From an uncultured cyanobacterium (lineage in GTDB: Bacteria > Cyanobacteriota > Cyanobacteriia > Cyanobacteriales > Nostocaceae), in the NCBI GenBank assembly GCA_963740315.1, contig CAVUDP010000004.1, forward strand, positions 544,001 through 608,000: 64,000 nt of DNA, read 5' to 3'. The notes under the pieces were generated by a model. It was not told the origin of the DNA. It made no database searches and was given only the letters and a program-made list of their open reading frames with translations. Position numbers and translations under genes: made by a program. Every line of letters starts with the position of its first letter. Position 1 is the stretch's first letter. Positions 1 through 9,986 of the stretch are shown in pieces.

Positions 1-148
1 TTTTGTAATTGAGTTACCTATCGAATCGTAAATAGAGCATCGATTATTCGCGAATTGAAGCAAGTATTTCGATGCATACCTCATAATTATGATTATTCTT
101 AAAATGATTTGGGAATACTAAATCCATAAGCTTACAGGATTTAGCAGC

Positions 149-3100
149 ATGGTTAACATCTCCGGATATCAGATTAAAGAACAACTCTACAACGGTTCGA
201 GAACCTTGGTATATCGAGCAGTTCGAGAAGGCGATCGCAAACCTGTAGTTATCAAATTACTCAAAAATCCATTTCCAGATTTTAACGAATTGCTACAGTT
301 TCGCAATCAATACACAATTGCTAAAAATTTAGATATTCCCGGAATTGTAAAATTTTACAGTCTCGAAGCTTATCAAAATAGCTATGCTTTGGTGATGGAA
401 TTTGGTGGGGTTTCCCTGCGCGAATATATGCTGGGTGAAAATATCGCTTCTCTACAAGATATTTTATTAATTGCAATTAAAATTACCGATATTCTCCACC
501 ATCTTCATCAAAATCGCGTTATTCACAAAGATATTAAACCTGCCAATATTTTAATTAATCCCGAAAAACAAGTTAAATTAATTGACTTTAGTATTGCATC
601 TTTGCTACCCAAGGAAATCCAAGAAATCAAAAGTTTCAATAGTTTAGAAGGGACGCTTGCATACTTATCACCAGAGCAAACTGGAAGAATGAACCGGGGA
701 ATTGATTACCGGGCTGATTTTTATGCATTCGGTGTAACTTTGTTTGAATTATTGACGGGAGAGTTACCTTTTCAATCGGATGATGCGATGGAATTGGTGC
801 ATTGTCATATTGCGAAACAACCTGCTTCAGTTAACAGTTATCAGTTAGCAGTTAGCAGTGAAGAGATTTCTAGGGTTTTATCAGATATCGTCATTAAGTT
901 GATGGCGAAAAATGCCGAAGATAGATATCAAAGTGCTTTGGGATTAAAATACAATCTAGAAATTTGTTTAAAACAACTTCAAGAAAAAGGGAAAATAGAT
1001 TTTGCAATTGCCCAAAGAGATATTTGTGACAGATTTATAATCCCTGAAAAACTTTATGGTAGGGAAAAAGAAGTTGAAACTTTATTAGCTGCATTTAATA
1101 GAGTTGCTGGTGTTAATTCTCGTTCCCAGGAAGAGCCAGGGAATGCCTATCCAGAGGCTCCGCCTCGTGATTTGCTAGAGGCAGAGCCTCCAAAAATGCA
1201 TTACAAGGCAAGGGTTCCTTGTAACGAGGGGAACGAGGGGAAAGCGGAATTAATGTTAGTCGCTGGTTTTTCTGGTATTGGTAAAACTGCGGTAATCAAT
1301 GAAGTTCAAAAACCCATTGTTAAACAACACGGTTATTTTATTAAAGGAAAATTTGACCAGTTTAATCGTAATATTCCTTTGGACGCTTTTGTACAAGCTT
1401 TTCGGGATTTAATGGGACAATTATTGAGTGAAGCTGATGCTCAATTGTCAAGCTGGAAACACAAAATTTTACAGGCTTTAGGAGATAACGCTCAGGTAAT
1501 TATTGATGTTATTCCCGAATTAGAAAAGATAATTGATAAACAGCCATCTGTACCGGAATTGTCGGGTACTGCGGCGCAAAATAGATTTAATTTATTATTT
1601 CAAAAGTTTATTCAAGTTTTTACTACTAAAGAACATCCTTTAGTTATTTTCTTAGATGATTTGCAGTGGGCTGATTCGGCATCTTTGAAGTTAATGCAGT
1701 TGCTGATGAGCGTGTCTGAAACTGGTTATTTATTATTAATCGGTGCTTACCGAGATAATGAAGTTTTCCCGGCTCATCCTTTGATGTTAACTTTGCAAGA
1801 AATTACTTCTTCTGAAGCGATAATTAATACAATTACATTAAAACCGTTAGAGTTAGAAAGCTTAAATCAACTGATTGCCGATACTTTTAATTGCTCGCTT
1901 TTGATGGCAAAACCGCTGACGCAATTGGTTTACCAAAAAACTCAAGGTAATCCATTTTTTAGTACGCAATTTTTGAAAGCACTCTATGAAGATGGTTTAA
2001 TTAAGTTTGACTTTAATGCGGGTTCGTGGGTATGCAATATTGCCGAGGTAAGAGCTTTAGCGCTGACTGATGATGTTGTTGAATTTATGGCATTGCAGTT
2101 ACAAAAGTTGCCAGAATCAACGCAAAATATTTTGAAATTGGCTGCTTGTATTGGCAATCAATTTGATTTATCAACTTTGGCGATCGTCTGTCAAAAATCT
2201 GAAGCTGAAACTGCAACAGATTTATGGAAAGCTTTACAGTTCGGTTTGATTTTACCGCAAAGTGAGGTTTACAAGTTTTATCTTGAAGAGGAAATACAAA
2301 CTAACTTGCTTCAACAAGTTGTCAACTATAAGTTTCTCCATGACAGAGTTCAACAAGCAGCTTATTCCTTGATTCCTGAAAAACAAAAACAAGCAACTCA
2401 CTTGAAAATTGGTCAATTATTGCTGCAAGAAATATCTTTAGAAACCAGAGAAAACCGCATTTTTGAAATAGTCAATCAATTAAACTATGGAACGGATTTA
2501 ATTACAGAGCAAAAACAACGCACCGAACTAGCTCAACTTAATCTTATTGCTTGTCGCAAAGCCAGAAGTGCGATCGCCTATCAAGTTGGACGCGAATATG
2601 CCAGCATTGGATTATCTTTGCTAGGCGAAAATGCTTGGCTGTGGGAATATGAAATGAGTTTAGCGTTTCATGAATTGGGGGCAGAGTTGGCTTTGCTCTG
2701 CGGTGATTTTGAAGCAATGGAACAGTTGATTGAGAAAGTTATTGAAAAAGCAAACTCTTTACTTGAAAAGGTCAATGTTTACCGAATTAGAATTCAATAT
2801 AATATCTCTGGGAACAAGTTACCCGAAGCAATTGTTATAGCTCTACAGCTTTTAGAACAATTTAGTGTAACTTTCCCCGAAACACCGACACCCGAAGATA
2901 TACAGCGCAGAATTACAGAAGTTGGAGAACTGATTGGGGATAGGGAAATAGAAGACTTGATTAATCTTCCCAGAATGACTAATTTTGAAAAAATCGCTAT
3001 TATCCAGATTGCTAATAGCATAATCCCAGCCGCTTATATGTCTGGTTCTCCCTTGATTACATTACTGGTTTTCTTATCACTCAAGCTATCGATTCAATAT

Positions 3101-5659
3101 GGTAATACCGATGCTTCAGCCTTGGCTTATGCTGCTTATGCCATCATTGCTTGCGATATGCTGAAAAATGTAGATATGGGAGTAAAGTTTGGTCAATTGG
3201 CACTTGAAGTTGTCTCCAAACTGGATGCAAAAACTGTCAAACCAGAGATATTAAATGTGGTGGGGGTATTCATCATACACCGCAAATCTCACATCAAAAA
3301 AACGCTACCGCTGTTGCAAGAGGGTTATGCGGCTGCGCTAGAAGTTGGAAAGCCCGAATATGTCGGATATAATGCCCACCTGTTTTGTCTCAATTCTTTT
3401 TGGTGTTCTGTGCCCCTTAACACCTTGGAGCAGCAAACAAAAGCCTACTGCAATGCGTTAGTGCAATTAAATCAATTGACAACAGCTAATTACTGTCGAA
3501 TTTATTGGCAATCTATTTTAAATTTACTCTGCGTTACGAAGTATCCAACTAATTTATCCGGGGAAGTCTTCCAAGAAGCAGCATTACTACCTTTACTCAT
3601 AGAAGCTCATGACTTTTTTGGGTTATTTGTCTTCTATCTATATAAGCTGATGCTTTGCTACTTATTTAATGAAATTGAATCAGCCCAAAATTATGCAGTT
3701 GAAGTCAGACGTTATTTAATAGCTGGTGTTGGCACTGTTGCTGAACCTGCGTTTTATTTCTATGATTCTTTGGTTGTTTTAGCTGCTTTGAATACGCAAT
3801 CAAAATCATCAGAATTATTTGAGCGAGTAGAACAAAACCAAACGCAACTCCGCAATTTTTGGGCGAATTATGCACCGATGAATCATCAACATAAAGTTGA
3901 TTTAGTAGAAGCCGAAAAATACCGAGTTTTGGGAAAAAAAGCCGAAGCAATTGAACTATACGATAAAGCTATTGCTGGAGCTAAAGTTAGCGAATACATC
4001 CTTGAAGTTGCCCTTGCTAACGAACTTGCAGCCAAATTTTACTTAGATTGGGGTAAGGAAAAAGTTGCGATCGCCTATATGCAAGAAGCTTACTACTGCT
4101 ATGCTCGCTGGGGAAGTAAGGCAAAAACCAACGACTTAGAAAAACGCTATCCTCAATTACTCTGTGCAATATTACAAACGCAAAATAGCTTTCAAATCAA
4201 CGAAACCCGCTATTTAAGCCACCAAACTATCCAAACAAATCTTACTAGCAGCACCTCTATAGACGAAACTCTTGATTTAGCCAGTATTCTTAAAGCAACA
4301 CAAGTTTTATCAAGCGAAATTCAATTAGAACAATTAATTTCCAAGTTAATGCAAGTAGTAATAGAAAATGCAGGGGCGCAAAAAGCTGCTTTGGTGTTGC
4401 TTAAAAATAATACCCTAATGTTAAAAGCAGTAGCTAATACAGAAGAAAGTATCAAGCTGCTAAATTTACCATGTGAAAACAGCAAATATTTACCCAACGC
4501 CGTAATTAACTATGTCAAACGTAGCTTAGAAACTGTTCTATTAGATGATGCAACAACCCAAAATGATTTTATCGCCGACTCTTATTTAAAGCAGCAACAA
4601 CCTAAAAGTTTGCTGTGTATGCCGATTTTGAATCAAGGAAAATTAATTGGGTTGCTGTATCTAGAAAATAACTTGACGATTGGTGCATTTACACAAAATC
4701 GGATTGAAATTCTCAACTTACTTTGTACTCAAGCTGCTATTTCTTTAGAAAACGCCCAACTTTATCGCAAATTAGAAGATTATTCTCATACTTTAGAGCA
4801 AAAAGTTGAACAACGTACCCAAGAAGTAACGCAATCGCTAAAACAACTGCAACGCACTCAAGCCCAACTGATTCAAACTGAAAAAATGTCCGGTTTGGGG
4901 CAATTAGTTGCTGGTATCGCTCACGAAATCAATAATCCCATCAGCTTTATTTACGGTAATCTCACACCAGCTTCGCAATACGCAGAATCTTTAATTGAAT
5001 TAATTGATTTGTATCAAAATCTATATTCTCAACCTCTACCGGAAATTGAATCAAAAGTTGATGAGATAGAACTCGATTTTATCATTGAAGACTTACCAAA
5101 ACTGCTTTATTCAATGAAAACGGGTGCAGAGCGCATTCGTGAAATTGTTCTTTCATTACGAAACTTCTCTCGCTTGGATGAAGCTGAAATTAAACCTGTT
5201 GATATTCATTCTGGAATTGATAGCACTCTATTAATTTTGCAGAGTAAACTCGCTAAGAATACCAAATATCCAGAAATTAAAGTAATTAAACAATACAGTC
5301 AACTGCCAAAAGTTAACTGCTATGCTTCAGAATTAAATCAAGTATTTCTGAATATTATTGGTAATGCAATTGATGCTTTACGAGACAAGCAAGACAAACC
5401 AATAATAACAATTAGCACTTCATTAAAAGATAACCAAAATATATTAATTAGTATCGCTGATAATGGTGTAGGTATAAGTCAATCGGTTTTAAATAAAATA
5501 TTCGACCCATTTTTTACTACTAAACCCGTCGGTAGCGGTACGGGTTTGGGATTATCAACAAGCTATTCGATTGTAGTAGAAAAACATCGAGGTAAGTTAA
5601 GTTGTAATTCAAAATTAGGAGAAGGAACAGAATTTTTAATTGAGTTACCTTTACTTTGA
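149..5659 (+). CDS. Hybrid Ser/Thr kinase - AAA ATPase - GAF - histidine kinase (HstK-type)
   Basis: Kinase motifs IHKDIKPANIL/DFSIA; Walker A GFSGIGKT; Walker B LDDLQWAD; GAF; H-box GIAHEINNP; G-box FDPFFTTKPVGSGTGLGLS. Confidence 0.93.
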   Translation: MVNISGYQIKEQLYNGSRTLVYRAVREGDRKPVVIKLLKNPFPDFNELLQFRNQYTIAKNLDIPGIVKFYSLEAYQNSYALVMEFGGVSLREYMLGENIASLQDILLIAIKITDILHHLHQNRVIHKDIKPANILINPEKQVKLIDFSIASLLPKEIQEIKSFNSLEGTLAYLSPEQTGRMNRGIDYRADFYAFGVTLFELLTGELPFQSDDAMELVHCHIAKQPASVNSYQLAVSSEEISRVLSDIVIKLMAKNAEDRYQSALGLKYNLEICLKQLQEKGKIDFAIAQRDICDRFIIPEKLYGREKEVETLLAAFNRVAGVNSRSQEEPGNAYPEAPPRDLLEAEPPKMHYKARVPCNEGNEGKAELMLVAGFSGIGKTAVINEVQKPIVKQHGYFIKGKFDQFNRNIPLDAFVQAFRDLMGQLLSEADAQLSSWKHKILQALGDNAQVIIDVIPELEKIIDKQPSVPELSGTAAQNRFNLLFQKFIQVFTTKEHPLVIFLDDLQWADSASLKLMQLLMSVSETGYLLLIGAYRDNEVFPAHPLMLTLQEITSSEAIINTITLKPLELESLNQLIADTFNCSLLMAKPLTQLVYQKTQGNPFFSTQFLKALYEDGLIKFDFNAGSWVCNIAEVRALALTDDVVEFMALQLQKLPESTQNILKLAACIGNQFDLSTLAIVCQKSEAETATDLWKALQFGLILPQSEVYKFYLEEEIQTNLLQQVVNYKFLHDRVQQAAYSLIPEKQKQATHLKIGQLLLQEISLETRENRIFEIVNQLNYGTDLITEQKQRTELAQLNLIACRKARSAIAYQVGREYASIGLSLLGENAWLWEYEMSLAFHELGAELALLCGDFEAMEQLIEKVIEKANSLLEKVNVYRIRIQYNISGNKLPEAIVIALQLLEQFSVTFPETPTPEDIQRRITEVGELIGDREIEDLINLPRMTNFEKIAIIQIANSIIPAAYMSGSPLITLLVFLSLKLSIQYGNTDASALAYAAYAIIACDMLKNVDMGVKFGQLALEVVSKLDAKTVKPEILNVVGVFIIHRKSHIKKTLPLLQEGYAAALEVGKPEYVGYNAHLFCLNSFWCSVPLNTLEQQTKAYCNALVQLNQLTTANYCRIYWQSILNLLCVTKYPTNLSGEVFQEAALLPLLIEAHDFFGLFVFYLYKLMLCYLFNEIESAQNYAVEVRRYLIAGVGTVAEPAFYFYDSLVVLAALNTQSKSSELFERVEQNQTQLRNFWANYAPMNHQHKVDLVEAEKYRVLGKKAEAIELYDKAIAGAKVSEYILEVALANELAAKFYLDWGKEKVAIAYMQEAYYCYARWGSKAKTNDLEKRYPQLLCAILQTQNSFQINETRYLSHQTIQTNLTSSTSIDETLDLASILKATQVLSSEIQLEQLISKLMQVVIENAGAQKAALVLLKNNTLMLKAVANTEESIKLLNLPCENSKYLPNAVINYVKRSLETVLLDDATTQNDFIADSYLKQQQPKSLLCMPILNQGKLIGLLYLENNLTIGAFTQNRIEILNLLCTQAAISLENAQLYRKLEDYSHTLEQKVEQRTQEVTQSLKQLQRTQAQLIQTEKMSGLGQLVAGIAHEINNPISFIYGNLTPASQYAESLIELIDLYQNLYSQPLPEIESKVDEIELDFIIEDLPKLLYSMKTGAERIREIVLSLRNFSRLDEAEIKPVDIHSGIDSTLLILQSKLAKNTKYPEIKVIKQYSQLPKVNCYASELNQVFLNIIGNAIDALRDKQDKPIITISTSLKDNQNILISIADNGVGISQSVLNKIFDPFFTTKPVGSGTGLGLSTSYSIVVEKHRGKLSCNSKLGEGTEFLIELPLL
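1119..1237. mobile_element. Palindromic MITE-like/dispersed repeat inserted in frame in the kinase gene
   Basis: Terminal IR CTCGTTCCC (1119) / GGGAACGAG (1229-1237); internal IR GAGGCTCCGCCTC (1154) / GAGGCAGAGCCTC (1178); GC-rich versus flanks; related half copy at about 31817-31864. Confidence 0.75.
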
Positions 5660-5745
5660 ATTAACTACCATGAATCGGCATTTTTAGCAGATAGCGAAAG
5701 AAAGGAGATGGGGAAAAATCAAAGTTTATTTTAACTGCTCACTGC

Positions 5746-6048
5746 TCACTGCTCACTGTTTTTTCTCAAAGCTTCTACTTGCGATTTTAATTGAGCTATT
5801 TCTTGTGCCATTTCTAATACCATTGATGCACCAATTAAATTCAAACCTAAATCTTGACGCAAACGAATAATTTGAATGATGCGAGTTACATCTTGGGAAC
5901 GTAACATTGCTCCTTCTGGCTCGATTAAACCTAAGCTGGTAAAGCGTTCGATAACCGTAACTGATGTTTCTGTAATTGTGGCTGCTTGCTCGAAGCTGAT
6001 TAAGTTTTCTCCTTCAAGAGAAACTACGACGCGGGATATTTGACTCAT
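5746..6048 (-). CDS. cbpM: Chaperone modulator CbpM (MerR-like HTH)
   Basis: 100 aa with RLRQDLGLNLIG motif, directly downstream of a CbpA-type DnaJ gene. Confidence 0.8.
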   Translation of the reverse strand: MSQISRVVVSLEGENLISFEQAATITETSVTVIERFTSLGLIEPEGAMLRSQDVTRIIQIIRLRQDLGLNLIGASMVLEMAQEIAQLKSQVEALRKNSEQ

Positions 6049-6060
6049 AAGTTAGTACCT

Positions 6061-6217
6061 GGAGGGGGTAGAGGGGGGAGAGGGGGTAGAGGGGGGAGAG
6101 GGGGTAGAGGGGGTAGAGGGGGTAGTTAAATAGCGAGCAAGATGCTCACACTACTCATAACTCCGGCTCTTTTCTTATCAATCCAAAATCTAAAATCTAA
6201 AATCCAAAATCTAAAAT
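6061..6217. repeat. Purine-rich 9-mer repeats, a GTAG-type palindrome and AAAATC(C/T) heptamer repeats
   Basis: AGAGGGGGT/G runs at 6061-6124; TAGCGAGCAAGATGCTCACACTAC at 6131-6154; AAAATCY array at about 6181-6217. Confidence 0.75.
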
Positions 6218-7182
6218 CCCTGCATCTCTTTGCGTGGGTTGAAATTACTTTCTTGCTGGATTTTCTCGTAATATTCTTTTTCTTTGTCGGTTAATTCTTT
6301 GGGCGTAACAATTTTTAACTTGACAATTTGGTCGGTTCTTTCTCCTTTGGGTTTACGCCAGCCTTTACCGCGCAATCGCAGAGATTGACCGGAATCTACT
6401 CCTGGAGGTATTTTCATGGTAACGTTACCGTCGGGTGTTGGTACATGGATTTCGGCTCCTAAAGCTGCTTCGGGAGGGGTAATCGGTACTTCGCAAACGA
6501 TATTATCATCTTCAAAACTGAAAAATGGATGGGGTTGTAATTCTATATTTAAATATAAATCTCCTCGCTGATTGGAGAAAGGGCTAGTTTGTCCTTTACC
6601 TTTAACTCGCAGACGACTTCCAGGTTTTGCTCCAGGGGGAATGCGGACTTTAATGGCTTCATCGCCCAATTTAAACTGTTGCTGTACTCCATTGAAAGCT
6701 TCAGAAAAAGAAAGTGCGATCGCTGCTTCTACATCTTGCCCTGGTTGGCTAAATCCCTCGCTACCCGAGGAAGTACGATAAGAATAATTTCTTCTGCTGC
6801 CACCACCTTTACCAGCTTTACCCCTAATAAGTTCTTCAATAAAATCATCAAAGCTGCCATACTGACTAAAATCATAGCCACCAACATCTACACCAACTCC
6901 ACCTCTAGGAGTAGTACCAGGTTGCGATCGCTGTTGTGTTTGACCTCCCTGTTGCCAATATTGCCCGTATTGGTCGTATTTCTGCCGTTTTTCAGGATCG
7001 CAAAGCACTTCTTGAGCTTCGTTAATCTCTTTAAAACGATTTTCTGCTTGTTTATCACCGGGATTCAAATCTGGATGATATTTTCTCGCCAGTTTCCGGT
7101 AAGCTTTTTTAATGTCATCCTGAGACGCATTTTTACTAACACCCAGAACCTGATAATAATCTTTGAAATCACTTGCTGCCAT
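6211..7182 (-). CDS. cbpA: DnaJ class B / CbpA-like co-chaperone
   Basis: J domain with HPD (KYHPDLN), G/F region, DnaJ C-terminal domain, no zinc finger. Confidence 0.88.
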   Translation of the reverse strand: MAASDFKDYYQVLGVSKNASQDDIKKAYRKLARKYHPDLNPGDKQAENRFKEINEAQEVLCDPEKRQKYDQYGQYWQQGGQTQQRSQPGTTPRGGVGVDVGGYDFSQYGSFDDFIEELIRGKAGKGGGSRRNYSYRTSSGSEGFSQPGQDVEAAIALSFSEAFNGVQQQFKLGDEAIKVRIPPGAKPGSRLRVKGKGQTSPFSNQRGDLYLNIELQPHPFFSFEDDNIVCEVPITPPEAALGAEIHVPTPDGNVTMKIPPGVDSGQSLRLRGKGWRKPKGERTDQIVKLKIVTPKELTDKEKEYYEKIQQESNFNPRKEMQGF

Positions 7183-7194
7183 TTTTATTTACGA

Positions 7195-7335
7195 TTGGGA
7201 ATTGGGAATGGGGCATTGGGCTACCTCCCACCTCCGGTGAATGGGCATGGGGGATTGGGCATTGGGCATTGTATAGTTACCAGTTACCAGCTATTTCTTA
7301 ATAACTGATAACTGATAACTGATAACTGTTAACTG
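7195..7335. repeat. Short tandemly repeated repetitive (STRR) heptamers
   Basis: ATTGGGA/GGCATTG and TAACTGA heptamer runs. Confidence 0.75.
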
Positions 7336-7793
7336 TTATTACCCGAACCGATATTTACTTTAGTAACTTTATTTTTTTCATCTTCGGCTTTGGGTATCTC
7401 TAACTTAAGAATACCGTCTTTATAATCGCCTTTGACATTGGTATTATCTACCCGCGTTGGTAAAGGAATTGTACGGCTAAATCTACCGTAACGAAACTCC
7501 GAACGAGTCATACCGTTTTCTTCAGACTTCGATTCCGATTTACGTTCCCCGCTTATCATTACAGCTTCTTTGGTGACTTGTACATCCAAGTCTTTAGCTT
7601 CCATACCGGGAATTTCTATCTTTAGATTGATTCCATTTTCGGTTTCTTCCATCTCCGCAGCAGGGGAAAAGGACATTTGCTGCATCCGCATCATATCTTC
7701 GTCTCGCGTGGAAGATAGACTATCAAATAAACGGTTCATATCCCGTTGCAAAGCTGTCATTTCTTGGAATGGTTGCCAACGAATTAGTGCCAT
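7329..7793 (-). CDS. hspA: Small heat-shock protein Hsp20/HspA
   Basis: MALIRWQPF N-terminus; alpha-crystallin motifs RSEFRYGRFSRTIPLP and YKDGILKLEIPK; GAGG RBS supports the ATG at 7793 rather than 7832. Confidence 0.92.
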   Translation of the reverse strand: MALIRWQPFQEMTALQRDMNRLFDSLSSTRDEDMMRMQQMSFSPAAEMEETENGINLKIEIPGMEAKDLDVQVTKEAVMISGERKSESKSEENGMTRSEFRYGRFSRTIPLPTRVDNTNVKGDYKDGILKLEIPKAEDEKNKVTKVNIGSGNNS

Positions 7794-8203
7794 TGTATTT
7801 ACCTCTAAATTTAGTTTTTTTCTGTTTTTCACAAACCTATCGCAGTTTGCTATTCAAAAATTTACTTATCGTTTAGGTATGAAACTTCTTTCCCAAGAAA
7901 GATTAAAAAAAATATTAATTATAATACTATAGATAGATAATTTTAAAAGAAAAATATTGTTATTTTAGTAATTTATCTTTTATTAAAAAACCTAATACAG
8001 GATAATTTAATTACTATCAATACTGTTTAAAATATCAATATATTTGTTTGTACAATTTTCCGGTTGAGAAGTCGGGTTTTTATGTGGAAGTATCTGTAAC
8101 AACCAGACAATTTTATAAAAACCCGACTTATGACTATTCCAAGGTTATAATTATAGATTTAGATATTGTTTAAAAGTGAGAAAGATAAAGTTTAAATTTG
8201 CCT

Positions 8204-9673
8204 ATGGATTTAGCAATAACTCTCGACAACAATTCATCCAAACCCTTACACCAACAAGTTTACGAACAACTTCGTCAAGCAATTCTCACAGGAAGATTAA
8301 CACCAGGGGAACGAATTCCTTCAACTCGTTTTTTAGCTAAATCTCTGTCAATTTCTCGTTTTACAGTTACCACCAGTTACGAACAACTTTTAAGCGAAGG
8401 TTATTTAGAAACAGTTACGGGTAGTGGTACTTTTGTTTGTCAGCAAATTCCTGACGATTTAATCAACTCAAATCCAATTGAAAATATCGAAAAAATTAAT
8501 CCTTTACCAATTAAATTATCTCAATATGGACAAAGTTTAGTTAATATAAAAAATGTCCCTAGAATTGCGGAACCAGAATTACAAATAAACTTTCGGTATG
8601 GAACACCAGCACTAAGCGAATTTCCGATCAAAATTTGGCGTAGATTACTATCATATTACTGTAATTCTAACTTGAATTGGCTCGATTATTCCAGAGAAGC
8701 ATTAGGTTATCAACCTTTAAGAGAAGCGATCGCACATTATCTGACTCGCTCCCGTGCGGTTAACTGCAAACCCGAACAAATATTAATTACCAACGGTACC
8801 CAACAAGCACTCGATTTAATTTTGCGTTTATTAATTTCTCCAGGAGAAACCATAGCTATAGAAAATCCCGGTTATTTAAGCGCAAGAATTATATTTGAAA
8901 CACAAGGTTCTAAAATATTACCCGTAAGAGTAGATAATTCAGGTTTAATAGTACAAGAATTAGCTAATTTTAAAGATAATATTATCCGTTTAGTTTACGT
9001 CACACCTTCCCATCAATTCCCCACCGGAGCAATTTTATCCTTACCGCGACGCTTGGAATTATTAAATTGGGCGCAACAAACCGGAGGGTTAATAATTGAA
9101 GATGATTATGATAGCGAATTTCGATATGGTGAAAAACCAATTCCCGCATTACAAGGATTGGATAAAAGCGATTCGGTACTCTATATCGGCACCTTTTCAA
9201 AAGTACTATTTCCATCCTTGCGAATCGGTTATTTAGTACTTCCCAAAAGTTTAGTTGCAATATTCACCCGTGCAAAATGGTTGAATGACAGACATTTACC
9301 AATTTTAGAACAGCAAGTACTTACAGAGTTTATCGAATCGGGACATTTAGAACGTCATTTGAGAAAAATGCAATCGATATACGATAAACGTCGTCAAACT
9401 TTAGTAAAAGTCTTAAAAAAACACTTTAGAAAAAGAGCCGTAATATTAGGAGAAAAAGCTGGAATTCACGTCATGGTGCGTTTCAAAAGTAACTTAACTG
9501 ACGAAGAGATTATTGAAAAAGCTGCAAAAGTTGGTGTAGCGATGATGTCTGCCAATCCTCATTATCTCGCAAACCATCCCAAAGGCGAATTTATCTTTGG
9601 TTACGGCGATTTGACAGAAACACAGCTTACCGAGGGAATTCGTAGATTAGCCCAGATAATTCATTGTTCGTAG
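8204..9673 (+). CDS. MocR/GabR family (GntR HTH + PLP aminotransferase-like) regulator
   Basis: wHTH PSTRFLAKSLSISRFTV; YVTPSHQFPTG, EDDYDSEF and GTFSK motifs; ATG at 8204. Confidence 0.92.
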   Translation: MDLAITLDNNSSKPLHQQVYEQLRQAILTGRLTPGERIPSTRFLAKSLSISRFTVTTSYEQLLSEGYLETVTGSGTFVCQQIPDDLINSNPIENIEKINPLPIKLSQYGQSLVNIKNVPRIAEPELQINFRYGTPALSEFPIKIWRRLLSYYCNSNLNWLDYSREALGYQPLREAIAHYLTRSRAVNCKPEQILITNGTQQALDLILRLLISPGETIAIENPGYLSARIIFETQGSKILPVRVDNSGLIVQELANFKDNIIRLVYVTPSHQFPTGAILSLPRRLELLNWAQQTGGLIIEDDYDSEFRYGEKPIPALQGLDKSDSVLYIGTFSKVLFPSLRIGYLVLPKSLVAIFTRAKWLNDRHLPILEQQVLTEFIESGHLERHLRKMQSIYDKRRQTLVKVLKKHFRKRAVILGEKAGIHVMVRFKSNLTDEEIIEKAAKVGVAMMSANPHYLANHPKGEFIFGYGDLTETQLTEGIRRLAQIIHCS

Positions 9674-9914
9674 TAAGGGCATTGGTTCCCTCTAATCCTA
9701 CAAACCTTCAACAAGGAATTCGTAGATTAGCCCAGGTAATTCTATGTTCGTAGTAAGGGCATTGGTTCCCTAAAAACAAGGATTAAAATCCTTACTACAA
9801 ACTTTAAAAAAAGAATTAGTAGATTATTTTAGATAATTAGTAAATCATAATTCTTTGTTAGTAGTAAGGGCATTGGTTCCCTCTAATCCAAGGATTAAAA
9901 TCCTTACTACAAAC
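9636..9914. repeat. Three degenerate tandem copies of the gene 3' end plus a GTAG palindromic repeat
   Basis: GAATTCGTAGATTA...GTT(C/A)GTAGTAAGGGCATTGGTTCCCT...CTTACTACAAAC recurs at about 9636, 9715 and 9813. Confidence 0.8.
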
Positions 9915-9986
9915 TTACAAATAATCATGCCATGACAATAAAAAGCATTTTTAACCAATAAATTTACGGAAACTTAAAATATTATT

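Noticed and set aside
6572..7932. Plus-strand ORFs 6572-6781, 6589-7308 and 7570-7932
   Set aside because: Antisense to well-supported dnaJ/cbpA and hspA, with no recognisable motifs
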